Shown here: in pieces, positions 9,340-18,463 of the stretch
How the letters are laid out: each line of letters begins with the position of its first letter
Numbering within the stretch: the stretch's first letter is position 1
From: a virus
Lineage: Duplodnaviria > Caudoviricetes
Direction: 5' to 3' (one strand)
IMG/VR virus record: IMGVR_UViG_3300028374_000002
Coordinates: 32,001 to 96,000 of that record
Length of the DNA stretch: 64,000 nt
Translations under genes and position numbers: made by a program
Notes under the pieces: generated by a model
What the model was told of the DNA's origin: nothing
The model's database searches: none
Seen by the model: the letters and a program-made list of their open reading frames with translations, nothing else

Positions 9340-9879
9340 TTATAATTTATAATTTTTGAAAATATATCTATGAAACTCATCATAATCCATTGATGGTGCA
9401 ATTTCTCTTATTGGATTAATCTTTATTTCTAAATTTATATTAAGTTCCTTATTCAATATTTTAGCAGCCGAATACCTATGATGACCATCTTCGATATAAA
9501 ACCCCTTCTTGTGCTTATCATCTTGCCAGTAAGAGACATCTATTGGCTCTGATAAATCTATTGTCATTGCCCACTTCTTTTTTGATAAAACACTTTTAGA
9601 TATTTCATATCTTACATTTTCTATATCATCATCCCATCTAATTTTTAAGTATTTTGGTTCTAATGTTTTGATATCACCTTCTGAGAACCCATGTGCTAAC
9701 CTATCTAGTGTTTCGATTGAAATACCACCACCCCTTAATAGTTCTTCATCGGTATCATACTTTGCTAGTTCTTTTTTTAAAGAATCTATAAACTCAGTTT
9801 TTAAATAAACTTTATTGCTTTCTATTTGCTCATTAATATATTCACTTATAGTAGTTGATATAAATTTCCGTGATTTCAT
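9340..9879 (-). CDS. ParB/Srx-like domain protein
   Basis: EPIDVS...GFYIEDGHHRYSAAKIL is the DGHHR signature; CTS-like N-terminus ending ...SEYINE. Confidence 0.65.
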   Translation of the reverse strand: MKSRKFISTTISEYINEQIESNKVYLKTEFIDSLKKELAKYDTDEELLRGGGISIETLDRLAHGFSEGDIKTLEPKYLKIRWDDDIENVRYEISKSVLSKKKWAMTIDLSEPIDVSYWQDDKHKKGFYIEDGHHRYSAAKILNKELNINLEIKINPIREIAPSMDYDEFHRYIFKNYKL

Positions 9880-10060
9880 AGTATTCTATAATTTATTCTA
9901 TATATAAATATTAAATGAACAAAACCCTATGTATTAATGTCTTTGTGTAATTTGTCAATACTTTTTTCTAATTATAAATGTTTATATATTAGCATTCTTA
10001 TTAGACTCCCTTTCGGTAAATCATCATAAAGTTTAGATAACTCTCCCTTATCCATATAAT

Positions 10061-10315
10061 TTAATGTTTTTCTAACATTTCCTTACAAGCCAAATCTTCA
10101 CACCATTGTGAACATGGATTGTTATATACAAGTGCATCAGATGAAACACAGTAAAAAGAATCAATACTATCGAGTAATATTGATTCTTTATTTAGTTTTT
10201 CAATTGAAGCATCTAGCATAAATTGTAATGTTTCGCTAGGAACTGACATATTCTTCTCTCTTAGAAAAACATACGCTTCTCTAATCTCTTTTTCTAATTG
10301 TTTTTTAGCACTCAT
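10061..10315 (-). CDS. Small hypothetical protein (84 aa)
   Basis: ORF with a Cys-rich C-terminus. Confidence 0.6.
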   Translation of the reverse strand: MSAKKQLEKEIREAYVFLREKNMSVPSETLQFMLDASIEKLNKESILLDSIDSFYCVSSDALVYNNPCSQWCEDLACKEMLEKH

Positions 10316-10341
10316 ATCTTTTATAATTAGGATTAAATTTA

Positions 10342-10581
10342 CTATTCTATAATTAACTTGTGTGTAATAGTTTGTTTATTTTTTATCAAAAAATAACCAC
10401 CAATTGCCAAACCACCAATAAGACCTAACCAAATTTGTCCATCAATAGGAGCTGGAACATCTTTTACAGTACCATCACCAGGCAGCATAGGAGGATTTCC
10501 TCCTGCACCAGGTTGGGCTATAAGAGATCCTACTGAAAAAAGTGAGAGGATAAGAATAAAAAGTATTTTTTTAGTTTTCAT
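10342..10581 (-). CDS. PID-CTERM-type small secreted/membrane-anchored protein
   Basis: Signal peptide, Pro/Gly linker, then PIDGQIWLGLIGGLAIGGYFLIKNK (PID + TM + basic tail), directly downstream of a T9SS cargo gene. Confidence 0.7.
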   Translation of the reverse strand: MKTKKILFILILSLFSVGSLIAQPGAGGNPPMLPGDGTVKDVPAPIDGQIWLGLIGGLAIGGYFLIKNKQTITHKLIIE

Positions 10582-10612
10582 AATTTTGTTTTTATTTATA
10601 TAATTAAAAATA

Positions 10613-13600
10613 TTATTCTACAATTAATTTGTGTGTAGTCGTCTGAGTTTGATAGGTCAGTCTAATTAGATAAACACCAGTGTTCAGACTGCTTGTATTT
10701 AGTTTTAATTCTGATGTAGATATACGTTCATTTTGAATCTCTATATTTTGACCTATGACATTAAAAACTGAAACCTTTAATTCGTTGTTGAAATATGGAT
10801 TATGCGTAATATATACAAATCCCGAATTTGAAGGGTTTGGATAAAGTTGTGTACTTGCTATCCTCTCGTCTTGGGATGTACATAAAGTGCTATCTTGTTC
10901 AAACATAATTTTAAATCTATCTGAATTTACAGAACCTGGTATTGAAGAGTCAATATCAAAAGCAATATCGTTTTCACCTTCATTCAATTGATGATCCTCT
11001 TCAGTGTAAGTATCTCTTAAGAATACATCATAATCTGGCATGTTTTCAACTTCAATATTCATGATATAATCTACATCTCTGTAATTGTCAATCCAAAAGC
11101 TAAATACATCATCGTCTTTAGGAAAAGGTCTTTTTTCGATAGCTAAATAATTTCCATCAGATTGAATTCCGATAGTTTCATCATCATTCCAGAATTTTAA
11201 AGCATCATCAGGACCAGCTTCTTCATTGTAAGTAGCATCAAATTTAAATCTTACACCATCCATCAATTCATTATTAGAGATACTGAAGATATTTAAATCT
11301 ATTTTTGAGGTAGGAACGTCTCTGAAAACTTCATTAGTTGAAGTACTGTCTGTTTTAAATTCTTCTTTAAAAGTCAATGAAGGGGCTTCATTTTCTGGAA
11401 CGACACTATTAGTCTGAACAAATACAGATTGATTGACTTGTAAATAGCGAAATTTTTCTGGACTTATATTAGGAATATTAGGGACGTATTCTATAGGTTC
11501 AGAACTTAAATCAACTGTAACATAACCACCTCTATCACCAATATTTGGTTTATAAGCATAGTAAAACCTTTTGCCCAAATGTGTTGAACTATTTTTTAGA
11601 GTTGCTTTCATATCAACTTCAGCTTGGTATGGATTACCAATTAAAGAAAAACCTTCTGGATTAGGATTTAAATCATCATTTATGTTTACATCACCAGTCA
11701 AAATAGTCCCCAAAGATCTCAATCTTGTATCATCGCCTTTAGCTAAATTATTTAAATACATATTTGTGCCTCTATCACCCCTAATCAAAATTCCGTAGGC
11801 TTTACCAGCTTCTAAAGTGTTTGTGTTTGTATTGGAAATTGTTGACCAAATCCCATTTTGTGAATTCCAAGAAAATAGAGATGGATTTCCAGTGCGTGTG
11901 GCATCAAGTCCATTAGCACCAGTTGTACTGCCTGTAATGTGTGTGCCATAACCAGGATTTGGGTCTTTATTTTCTTCGTAATCATTAACTGTATTGTTAA
12001 CCCCTTCTTGCCAGTTTTCATTTATGGAAGTTGTGGTATTTACAGAAGTGGTCATAAATCTAAAAGCTCTATTTCCCATAGGAATGTAACGTTCAATCAT
12101 AACCTCACCAACTATAGTATTATCATTTTCAATTTCACTAATAATAGCTGTGTGAGTAGCATTAGATTTAAAAGTTACTAGGTTATTATCTGGAATAGCA
12201 TGGTCATAATTTGTGATTAAATCACCAGTTATTAAATTTAAACTACCTAACACATTTACATTACCAGATACTAGATTTAAGCTGTGACCGTTATCGATAG
12301 TCAAGCTGTATACTGAAGTAGTACTATCTGTAGAAAAATTCTGAATTCCAGCTCCTTTAAATGCCAAAGTTGAGTTTCCTGGATTATAGGTACCATTATT
12401 TTCAAAATCACCATAAATATCAATTTGAGATTCATTGGTTTGTGAGACACTAGCACCATTAGCGATCAACAAATTTTTAATTTCTACATTCTCTGAAAAA
12501 ATGGGATCATTTGGTGTGATATTAATCACAATATCACTATTTCTATCAGGGAAGCCATTACTCCAATTGTTTATATTTTCAGCATCAGTAGAAACTACAC
12601 CAATCCAAACGGTTGGCTCTGGTGTACAATCTTCTATACCAACTGTTCCGTTAAACACCCAATTTCTGTCTGGGGGAATTTCTGAGAAACTAGGGATTGT
12701 AATTGCACTTTCATTGTTGGCAGTAATTCTACCTCCCCATCCAGCAACTTCTCCATTTAGGATAATTTTATTACAACCTGAGCTGGATTCTATAAGGCCA
12801 GCATGACTTGTTAAGTTATTAAAAATGATTTCTTCACCGAATTGAATTGTGCCCGTAGAATTGATTACAGTACTTCCAATAATTTCAAAACCAGCATTAG
12901 CTGCAATTTTACCACTCCACACTTTTAAATCACAATTGACAATAAAACTGTTTTCGACAATAAGTTCGGCATTGTTAGAATTGCTTTCTAGATCTCCTAA
13001 AATGGTTAAATCACCAGAAATATTAGCGTATGAATCATTTCTGAATTTTTGAGAGAAATTTATCGTTCCAGAAGAATTGATAGAACCATTACTGTTGGCA
13101 AGATTGTCTTCAAAAGTTGTAGAACCTTCATTATTTAAAGTAAATCCATTGCCCATTTGTTCATACGAACCAGAATTAACATTAAGGACACTACCAGTAT
13201 AAACGTTGATAAGACCACTGTCAAAGTTGGTACCGCCACCAACTAAATTTGTTGATGCCCCATCATAGGAATTTAAAGTACCATTTTGTAATTTTACTAC
13301 AGTAGTAAGTGTACCGTAATTATTTATTACAGAATTATTTTTAATTAAAATCGTAGATTGAGTTCCATGATTAAAATTTCCGTAATTATTAAGTGTTAAA
13401 TTATTTCCGCTATTTGGCCAGTTAAGACCTTGTGAGTTAAATGTTACGCCTTCACCAATACATAATGTTCCATTGTTTCCAATATCTTTCCAATTAGCAT
13501 TGTACGTAAAGTTACCACTTAAACATATTGTTTTATTATTCAAATTACCAGTAGGCCAATCATCATCAGAATCATCAATGACATAATCACAATCGCAATC

Positions 13601-13756
13601 CAAATTTATATCTTGAGAATTTGATTTAATATTAATTAAAACATCACTATTTCTATCAGATTTATTGTTGACTAATTGTTGGTCTTGTGCCATTGAGACA
13701 ATGGATGTCATCAAACCAATTATCAAATAAATCATTACTTTTCTAAATTTATTCAT
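10613..13756 (-). CDS. Large secreted protein with T9SS type A (Por) C-terminal sorting domain
   Basis: Signal peptide ending ...SMA-Q; Asn/Gly/Thr-rich beta-solenoid-like body; C-terminal LYPNPS...VSVFNVIGQ...LNTGVYLIRL...THKLIVE. Confidence 0.9.
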   Translation of the reverse strand: MNKFRKVMIYLIIGLMTSIVSMAQDQQLVNNKSDRNSDVLINIKSNSQDINLDCDCDYVIDDSDDDWPTGNLNNKTICLSGNFTYNANWKDIGNNGTLCIGEGVTFNSQGLNWPNSGNNLTLNNYGNFNHGTQSTILIKNNSVINNYGTLTTVVKLQNGTLNSYDGASTNLVGGGTNFDSGLINVYTGSVLNVNSGSYEQMGNGFTLNNEGSTTFEDNLANSNGSINSSGTINFSQKFRNDSYANISGDLTILGDLESNSNNAELIVENSFIVNCDLKVWSGKIAANAGFEIIGSTVINSTGTIQFGEEIIFNNLTSHAGLIESSSGCNKIILNGEVAGWGGRITANNESAITIPSFSEIPPDRNWVFNGTVGIEDCTPEPTVWIGVVSTDAENINNWSNGFPDRNSDIVINITPNDPIFSENVEIKNLLIANGASVSQTNESQIDIYGDFENNGTYNPGNSTLAFKGAGIQNFSTDSTTSVYSLTIDNGHSLNLVSGNVNVLGSLNLITGDLITNYDHAIPDNNLVTFKSNATHTAIISEIENDNTIVGEVMIERYIPMGNRAFRFMTTSVNTTTSINENWQEGVNNTVNDYEENKDPNPGYGTHITGSTTGANGLDATRTGNPSLFSWNSQNGIWSTISNTNTNTLEAGKAYGILIRGDRGTNMYLNNLAKGDDTRLRSLGTILTGDVNINDDLNPNPEGFSLIGNPYQAEVDMKATLKNSSTHLGKRFYYAYKPNIGDRGGYVTVDLSSEPIEYVPNIPNISPEKFRYLQVNQSVFVQTNSVVPENEAPSLTFKEEFKTDSTSTNEVFRDVPTSKIDLNIFSISNNELMDGVRFKFDATYNEEAGPDDALKFWNDDETIGIQSDGNYLAIEKRPFPKDDDVFSFWIDNYRDVDYIMNIEVENMPDYDVFLRDTYTEEDHQLNEGENDIAFDIDSSIPGSVNSDRFKIMFEQDSTLCTSQDERIASTQLYPNPSNSGFVYITHNPYFNNELKVSVFNVIGQNIEIQNERISTSELKLNTSSLNTGVYLIRLTYQTQTTTHKLIVE

Positions 13757-13819
13757 TTTTTTTAATTATTTTTATTTCCCGCACTATCAAATACCCTAGT
13801 GTATTAGTGTTCTATGTAA

Positions 13820-14041
13820 CTATATTGGTAGGTATACCCCTACTTTAAAATTAATATCAAAATCTGTCTTATTTATTGTTAGATAAAATTCTTTTGCTTT
13901 ACCTAGCGTTGTTTTTTCTTTTTTACACCAAAGGACTATAATAAAATCATCAACAATCCCTCTTACTTCGCAATATGAAATATTATTTATATTGTTTTCA
14001 TTGTAATACTTTTTAAACTTCAATCCTTTCTTAAGCTTCAT
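13820..14041 (-). CDS. Small hypothetical protein (73 aa)
   Basis: ORF in the minus-strand series. Confidence 0.6.
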   Translation of the reverse strand: MKLKKGLKFKKYYNENNINNISYCEVRGIVDDFIIVLWCKKEKTTLGKAKEFYLTINKTDFDINFKVGVYLPI

Positions 14042-14060
14042 AATTCAAATATTATTAATA

Positions 14061-14231
14061 CTAACCAAGTAATTGTACACGATAAGTTCTGCCCTTATCA
14101 TCTTCCCAAACACTTCTACAATTAATCATGTTTATTTCATCACCGTGTACATTTCGAACATGTCTTAGGTTCAGGCTTTTTGCCTTCTCTATAGTTATAA
14201 CACAAAATGTTCTTAGATACAAATTAAACAT
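14061..14231 (-). CDS. Possible small protein (56 aa, below cutoff)
   Basis: MFNLYLRTFCVITIEKAKSLNLRHVRNVHGDEINMINCRSVWEDDKGRTYRVQLLG fills the gap and overlaps the upstream stop. Confidence 0.4.
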   Translation of the reverse strand: MFNLYLRTFCVITIEKAKSLNLRHVRNVHGDEINMINCRSVWEDDKGRTYRVQLLG

Positions 14232-14427
14232 ATTGGCTTAATGTATCAATAGCGTTTTCAATTTCCCTTTTACCACTCTCAAGTCCATCAGTTGCTTCAT
14301 CAAAACTCTCTAATAATTCACTAAGCTCACTAAATAAATCACGAAGCTTATCTCTTTCTTTTGAAATTACAATCTTTGATTCTTCAATACCTGATAATAC
14401 CTTGTCTAATTCTTCTTTAGTTACCAT
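14224..14427 (-). CDS. Small coiled-coil protein (67 aa)
   Basis: Heptad-like Leu/Glu pattern. Confidence 0.7.
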   Translation of the reverse strand: MVTKEELDKVLSGIEESKIVISKERDKLRDLFSELSELLESFDEATDGLESGKREIENAIDTLSQYV

Positions 14428-14488
14428 ATCTAGTTAATACTTTATTTTGCCTACTCTATTAAGTTTTCGGCTTCTCTTATTTAGAGTA

Positions 14489-14496
14489 CAAATATA
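14489..14496 (-). promoter_or_regulatory. Bacteroidota -7 box (TATATTTG)
   Basis: Exact match in the intergenic region upstream of 14427. Confidence 0.55.
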
Positions 14497-14578
14497 GCAA
14501 TGTTTTTTGGATTACAGAAAGATTACTATATTTTTTATATTCATTTCTGTGTAATTAGATTCATTTGAAGCATTTGTT

Positions 14579-15799
14579 TTACCATATGTTTTTAAATCCT
14601 CTTTTCATTAACCATTCCCTTGCTAATTCTAACCTCTTAGTCTCATTTATTATAGAACTTACAACTAAGTTATAAGTCTCTCTAGATTCTAAGTATCTCT
14701 TATACTTATCATAAGACTCAAAATTATCTTCGATATCTTCTAAAGACATATCTTTAGCTAAAGAATAGTTTTTCATAGATAATATAAATGGTGCATCTTT
14801 ATTACCTTTGAGGTGATTTACTGCATATTCTTTCAATGATAAGCCCTTATACTTATTATATTCATTTTCTAAATATTCAACTCTGTCTTTTGTATAGGAT
14901 TTTACAACGGAAACCAATCTATCTATTCTATCGATAGATTCTATATCTTCCTCTGGTATCTCTGAGATAAGATCATCTATATCATCATTTAAAATATGTT
15001 TTATAAGGATATTTTCTCTGTATAAATCATCTGTTAAAAGTCCGTGTAAATTTCTATACCATTCAGTTTTAACTTTCAATACTATACCTTCCATTTCAAC
15101 AACCCATCCTTCTTTATTCTCAACAGTCTTGGCTAATTCAATAATATCATCTAATGTATAACATTCAAATTCAGCTTTCTTTATATTAACCCCACTTATA
15201 TCGATATACTCACCAGTCAAGTTGTTACGTAATTTTAGTAGAATAAGTTCTTCTTTCATATATCTTAAAACTATTCTATTAGAAGGTGCTACATATTCAA
15301 ATATAGGAACAATGTCATTGTCTAAACAATCATTTACAAAGTTTTTTATTTCCTCATTATCATTATAAACTCTATTAATCCCATCGGCTTGTGAATTATC
15401 AAATCCTATCTTAGATTTGCCAACTATCTTGCCATTTGGTAGCTTTATAAAGGTGGCTAATGAACCATCTTCTTTATTATTGACATTTATAACATTATAA
15501 TCTTTAACAACATCATATAGAGTCTCTGGAACTTGGTTCAAGTTGAAAAACTTCTTTAGTAGCAAGTATCTTTTAAATAAACTACCATCTTCATTAAATA
15601 CAAATGTTAATCCTCTTAACTCATAGGCACTTATATCTGAATCTTCTCCAAAAGGTTTGGCGAAGTCTGACCATTGTGCTAGTCTATAGTTAAATACAGA
15701 AATATTAAAACCTTCAACATTTACTTTAGTTTCATAAAATGCGGAATCTACTAGATTACACAAATCAACACATTGTTTATAAGTTATTAATTCTGACAT
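14579..15799 (-). CDS. T4 Rnl1-like RNA ligase
   Basis: ELRGLTF, KKFFNLNQ, motif I KEDGSL, IFEY, EGWVV, LKVKTEWY. Start moved to MSELITY (15799). Confidence 0.9.
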   Translation of the reverse strand: MSELITYKQCVDLCNLVDSAFYETKVNVEGFNISVFNYRLAQWSDFAKPFGEDSDISAYELRGLTFVFNEDGSLFKRYLLLKKFFNLNQVPETLYDVVKDYNVINVNNKEDGSLATFIKLPNGKIVGKSKIGFDNSQADGINRVYNDNEEIKNFVNDCLDNDIVPIFEYVAPSNRIVLRYMKEELILLKLRNNLTGEYIDISGVNIKKAEFECYTLDDIIELAKTVENKEGWVVEMEGIVLKVKTEWYRNLHGLLTDDLYRENILIKHILNDDIDDLISEIPEEDIESIDRIDRLVSVVKSYTKDRVEYLENEYNKYKGLSLKEYAVNHLKGNKDAPFILSMKNYSLAKDMSLEDIEDNFESYDKYKRYLESRETYNLVVSSIINETKRLELAREWLMKRGFKNIW

Positions 15800-15820
15800 C
15801 TTTTTATTTTTAGTTGAAAA

Positions 15821-15828
15821 CAAATATA
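15821..15828 (-). promoter_or_regulatory. Bacteroidota -7 box (TATATTTG) for the RNA ligase
   Basis: Exact match 21 nt upstream of the ATG at 15799. Confidence 0.6.
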
Positions 15829-15867
15829 CAACTTTTTTATATATAAATTAAATAAAATATACTTATT

Positions 15868-16485
15868 ATGAAATTATACGAATTACTAAAAGAATATGGC
15901 ATACCAGCTAAAGAAGCCAAGCAGAGGTTGGCTAATAAACAAGTTAAAATAAATGGTGAAATAACTGGCGGGGAGTTTAGACTAGGTAATGTGACTGATG
16001 TTTATGACCAAGGATTTTTCTTAGAGGAATTATACTCTAAGACAGATTACTCTAAATATTCTAAACAAATAATATTCTTTGGTTTAGAGAATTTATTTGG
16101 TAGTAACATAGAAAATGAGGTGGTTGACTTTTTAGCAGACTATAAAATGATAGAAATAGCAAAAGAAAATGTTATATTTCTAAAAATAGACAAGGGAATT
16201 CAAAAAACAAGGCTTAACGTAACATACCATATAGAATCAGAATCTAATTTTGATAGAGAGTATGAAATGCCAAAAGAAATAGATGAGTCTGATATACTTA
16301 ATAAGTTAAAGTCTGATCTAGAAAAGGTAGAAACACAATTATCAAATAAAGGATTTGTGGACAATGCACCATCTTTTAAGGTTGAAGCGGCTAGAAAAAG
16401 ACTAGAGAACATAAAATCAAAAATTGACGAAATAACTAAAAATGAGAAAGTATATTCATTTGAAAGATTTAACAAGCTAAAATAA
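15868..16485 (+). CDS. S4-like RNA-binding domain fused to a ValRS C-terminal tRNA-binding coiled-coil arm
   Basis: N-terminal LYELLKEYGIPAKEAKQRLANKQVKING (S4-like); C-terminal LKSDLEKVETQLSNKGFVDNAPSFKVEAARKRLENI (ValRS arm: KLSNxxFVxxAP). Confidence 0.7.
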   Translation: MKLYELLKEYGIPAKEAKQRLANKQVKINGEITGGEFRLGNVTDVYDQGFFLEELYSKTDYSKYSKQIIFFGLENLFGSNIENEVVDFLADYKMIEIAKENVIFLKIDKGIQKTRLNVTYHIESESNFDREYEMPKEIDESDILNKLKSDLEKVETQLSNKGFVDNAPSFKVEAARKRLENIKSKIDEITKNEKVYSFERFNKLK

Positions 16486-16488
16486 GAA

Positions 16489-16511
16489 AACCCACCTATA
16501 ATAAGTGGGTT
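16489..16511. terminator. Imperfect hairpin, probable terminator between convergent genes
   Basis: AACCCACCTAT-A-ATAAGTGGGTT. Confidence 0.5.
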
Positions 16512-16540
16512 CTCCATCGAGTAATTAAAACCATTAAAAA

Positions 16541-16957
16541 TTACCCAATCATTTGCTCTAGGTTAGCATTTCTATTTATCATCTTATCACCACCTAATTC
16601 TTTTTTTATCATAGAAACTCTGCATTTTAAATTTCTGTCACTATCACAACTCGTTATAACAGGATATATACTGTTTCTAGGCTTAATATTAGAGATAGTT
16701 CTCTTATGACCGAATCTGTCTGTAAAAGACATTCCAATTACATTTTGTGTAAATCCAACTTTCCTACATAACATTCTTTGTATTTCATAATTTTTACCAA
16801 CATTTTTAGACAATGAGAGTTCGATGTTTATGTTGCAAGATAATACGTTGCTACTATGTTCACTTATTAAATATTCTAGACCTTCTCTTTTTGTAATATC
16901 AGAAATGGCTTTATCTATTTCTTTCTTGATACTGTCAATTTTAATTTTAGTAAGCAT
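16541..16957 (-). CDS. Hypothetical protein (138 aa)
   Basis: Host-type promoter upstream; ends in the shared RNANLEQMIG motif. Confidence 0.7.
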   Translation of the reverse strand: MLTKIKIDSIKKEIDKAISDITKREGLEYLISEHSSNVLSCNINIELSLSKNVGKNYEIQRMLCRKVGFTQNVIGMSFTDRFGHKRTISNIKPRNSIYPVITSCDSDRNLKCRVSMIKKELGGDKMINRNANLEQMIG

Positions 16958-16981
16958 TGTGTATATTTTTTAAGTTGAATA

Positions 16982-17012
16982 CAAATATATAACATAATAT
17001 GGTATATACAAA
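16982..17012 (-). promoter_or_regulatory. Complete Bacteroidota sigmaA promoter
   Basis: TTTG (17012-17009) - N19 - TATATTTG (16989-16982). Confidence 0.75.
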
Positions 17013-17033
17013 GTATTTGTGCTATTATTTAAA

Positions 17034-17069
17034 AATACTCCCTTGTTATATCTAAAACAAGGGAGTATT
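17034..17069 (-). terminator. Intrinsic terminator after the M42 peptidase
   Basis: 14-bp perfect stem AATACTCCCTTGTT/AACAAGGGAGTATT followed by a T-run on the minus strand. Confidence 0.85.
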
Positions 17070-17074
17070 AGTTT

Positions 17075-18133
17075 TTAGACTATGAAGTCAGATTTTAGTT
17101 CCTTTAGTGTAGCAAGAAATACTTTTATAGCATTATCAACATCATCCTTGTGTGACATCTCAACTGTTGAGTGCATATACTTAAGTGGTGTTGCAATCAT
17201 GGCAGTTTCTATACCTTCTCTAAAAAAAGATAATGTATCATTACCAATAGATCCAATTTCGATTTGTAGTGGTATTTTATTTTCTTTTGCAACATTTCTT
17301 ATCAAAGCATTAATCCTTTTAGAATTCTGGTGTGTATAATGGACACTTGGTCCCTTACCACCTATAACATCACCGTGCTTAGCTTTATTATAAGAAGGTG
17401 TCGTTGTGTTGTGGCAAACATCATGCACTAATGCTAAATTAGGTCTTATTTTCTTGGCCATATGATTTGCACCCTCTAGTCCAACTTCTTCTTGGGAAGA
17501 ATTCACGACATAAAGGTCAAAATCAAGTTGTATTTTTTTACTAACAACAAGCCTTGCTACCTCTGCAATAATAAATCCACCAATCTTGTTATCCACACTT
17601 TTACAAGTGTAGTAATCTCCAATCATAGAGAATTTAGTATCATTTGTAATCAGATTACCCACTTCAACACCACTTTCCAAAACGGCATCCTTATCTTTTA
17701 ATCCTAAGTCAATATAAAGTTCGTGTTGATCAGGGCCATTTTCAACACTATTGTTTCTAGTATGAATAGCAGCCCACCCAAATACACCATTAGAAGTGTT
17801 TCCATTATGGTGGTGTATAATTACTGGTCTTGATGGTGCAATCATATTATCACTACCACCGTTTCTCTTAACTCTTAATAATCCACTATCTTCTATATGT
17901 GAAATCATCCATCCAATTTCATCAACATGTGCCTCTATGACAACTTTTTTTGCATCTGGTTTACCACATCTTATAATGCCATATGAACTATGATAAACAT
18001 CTCTGTGTATGTTTTCTCTGTCTATAAATTTAGACAAATATTCTTCCCATACATCTTGTGCTTCTTTTTCATTACCAGATGGTGAATGTGTGTTTAGATA
18101 ATTCTCTAAAAATCTTTTACTCTTCTTTCTCAT
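17075..18133 (-). CDS. M42 family metallopeptidase (TET aminopeptidase-like)
   Basis: SPSGNE, EAHVDEIG, KSVDNKIG, QEEVGLEGA, DVCH, PLKYMHSTVE. Start moved to the ATG at 18133. Confidence 0.92.
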   Translation of the reverse strand: MRKKSKRFLENYLNTHSPSGNEKEAQDVWEEYLSKFIDRENIHRDVYHSSYGIIRCGKPDAKKVVIEAHVDEIGWMISHIEDSGLLRVKRNGGSDNMIAPSRPVIIHHHNGNTSNGVFGWAAIHTRNNSVENGPDQHELYIDLGLKDKDAVLESGVEVGNLITNDTKFSMIGDYYTCKSVDNKIGGFIIAEVARLVVSKKIQLDFDLYVVNSSQEEVGLEGANHMAKKIRPNLALVHDVCHNTTTPSYNKAKHGDVIGGKGPSVHYTHQNSKRINALIRNVAKENKIPLQIEIGSIGNDTLSFFREGIETAMIATPLKYMHSTVEMSHKDDVDNAIKVFLATLKELKSDFIV

Positions 18134-18155
18134 TTTTGCTTTTTTCAATTTATAT

Positions 18156-18353
18156 TTAGTTTAAGTCTTTTAATAATGATTTAGCAGTCTTATACTGCCT
18201 TTCGCTTAGTATTCTTATATTTCGCTTGCCAATATTAACTTTTTCTAAGTATTTATTACTCTTTAATTGCTTTTTTAAGGATGTTAAGAAGGTATTTTCT
18301 CCTTTATAAGTTCTTATTTCTTTATTCAATTCTATCTTTTGTTCCAGTTCCAT
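18156..18353 (-). CDS. Small basic hypothetical protein (65 aa)
   Basis: YKGENTFLTSLKKQL...LSERQ; -7 box upstream. Confidence 0.7.
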   Translation of the reverse strand: MELEQKIELNKEIRTYKGENTFLTSLKKQLKSNKYLEKVNIGKRNIRILSERQYKTAKSLLKDLN

Positions 18354-18378
18354 TATTTGTATGTGGTTAATATTCGTG

Positions 18379-18386
18379 CAAATATA
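18379..18386 (-). promoter_or_regulatory. Bacteroidota -7 box (TATATTTG)
   Basis: Exact match 25 nt upstream of 18353. Confidence 0.6.
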
Positions 18387-18463
18387 CTAAAAAATATAAA
18401 TAAGAACCTATAATATTAAACTTTTATACCATTTTATGTTATAATATAAAAATAAATACATAT

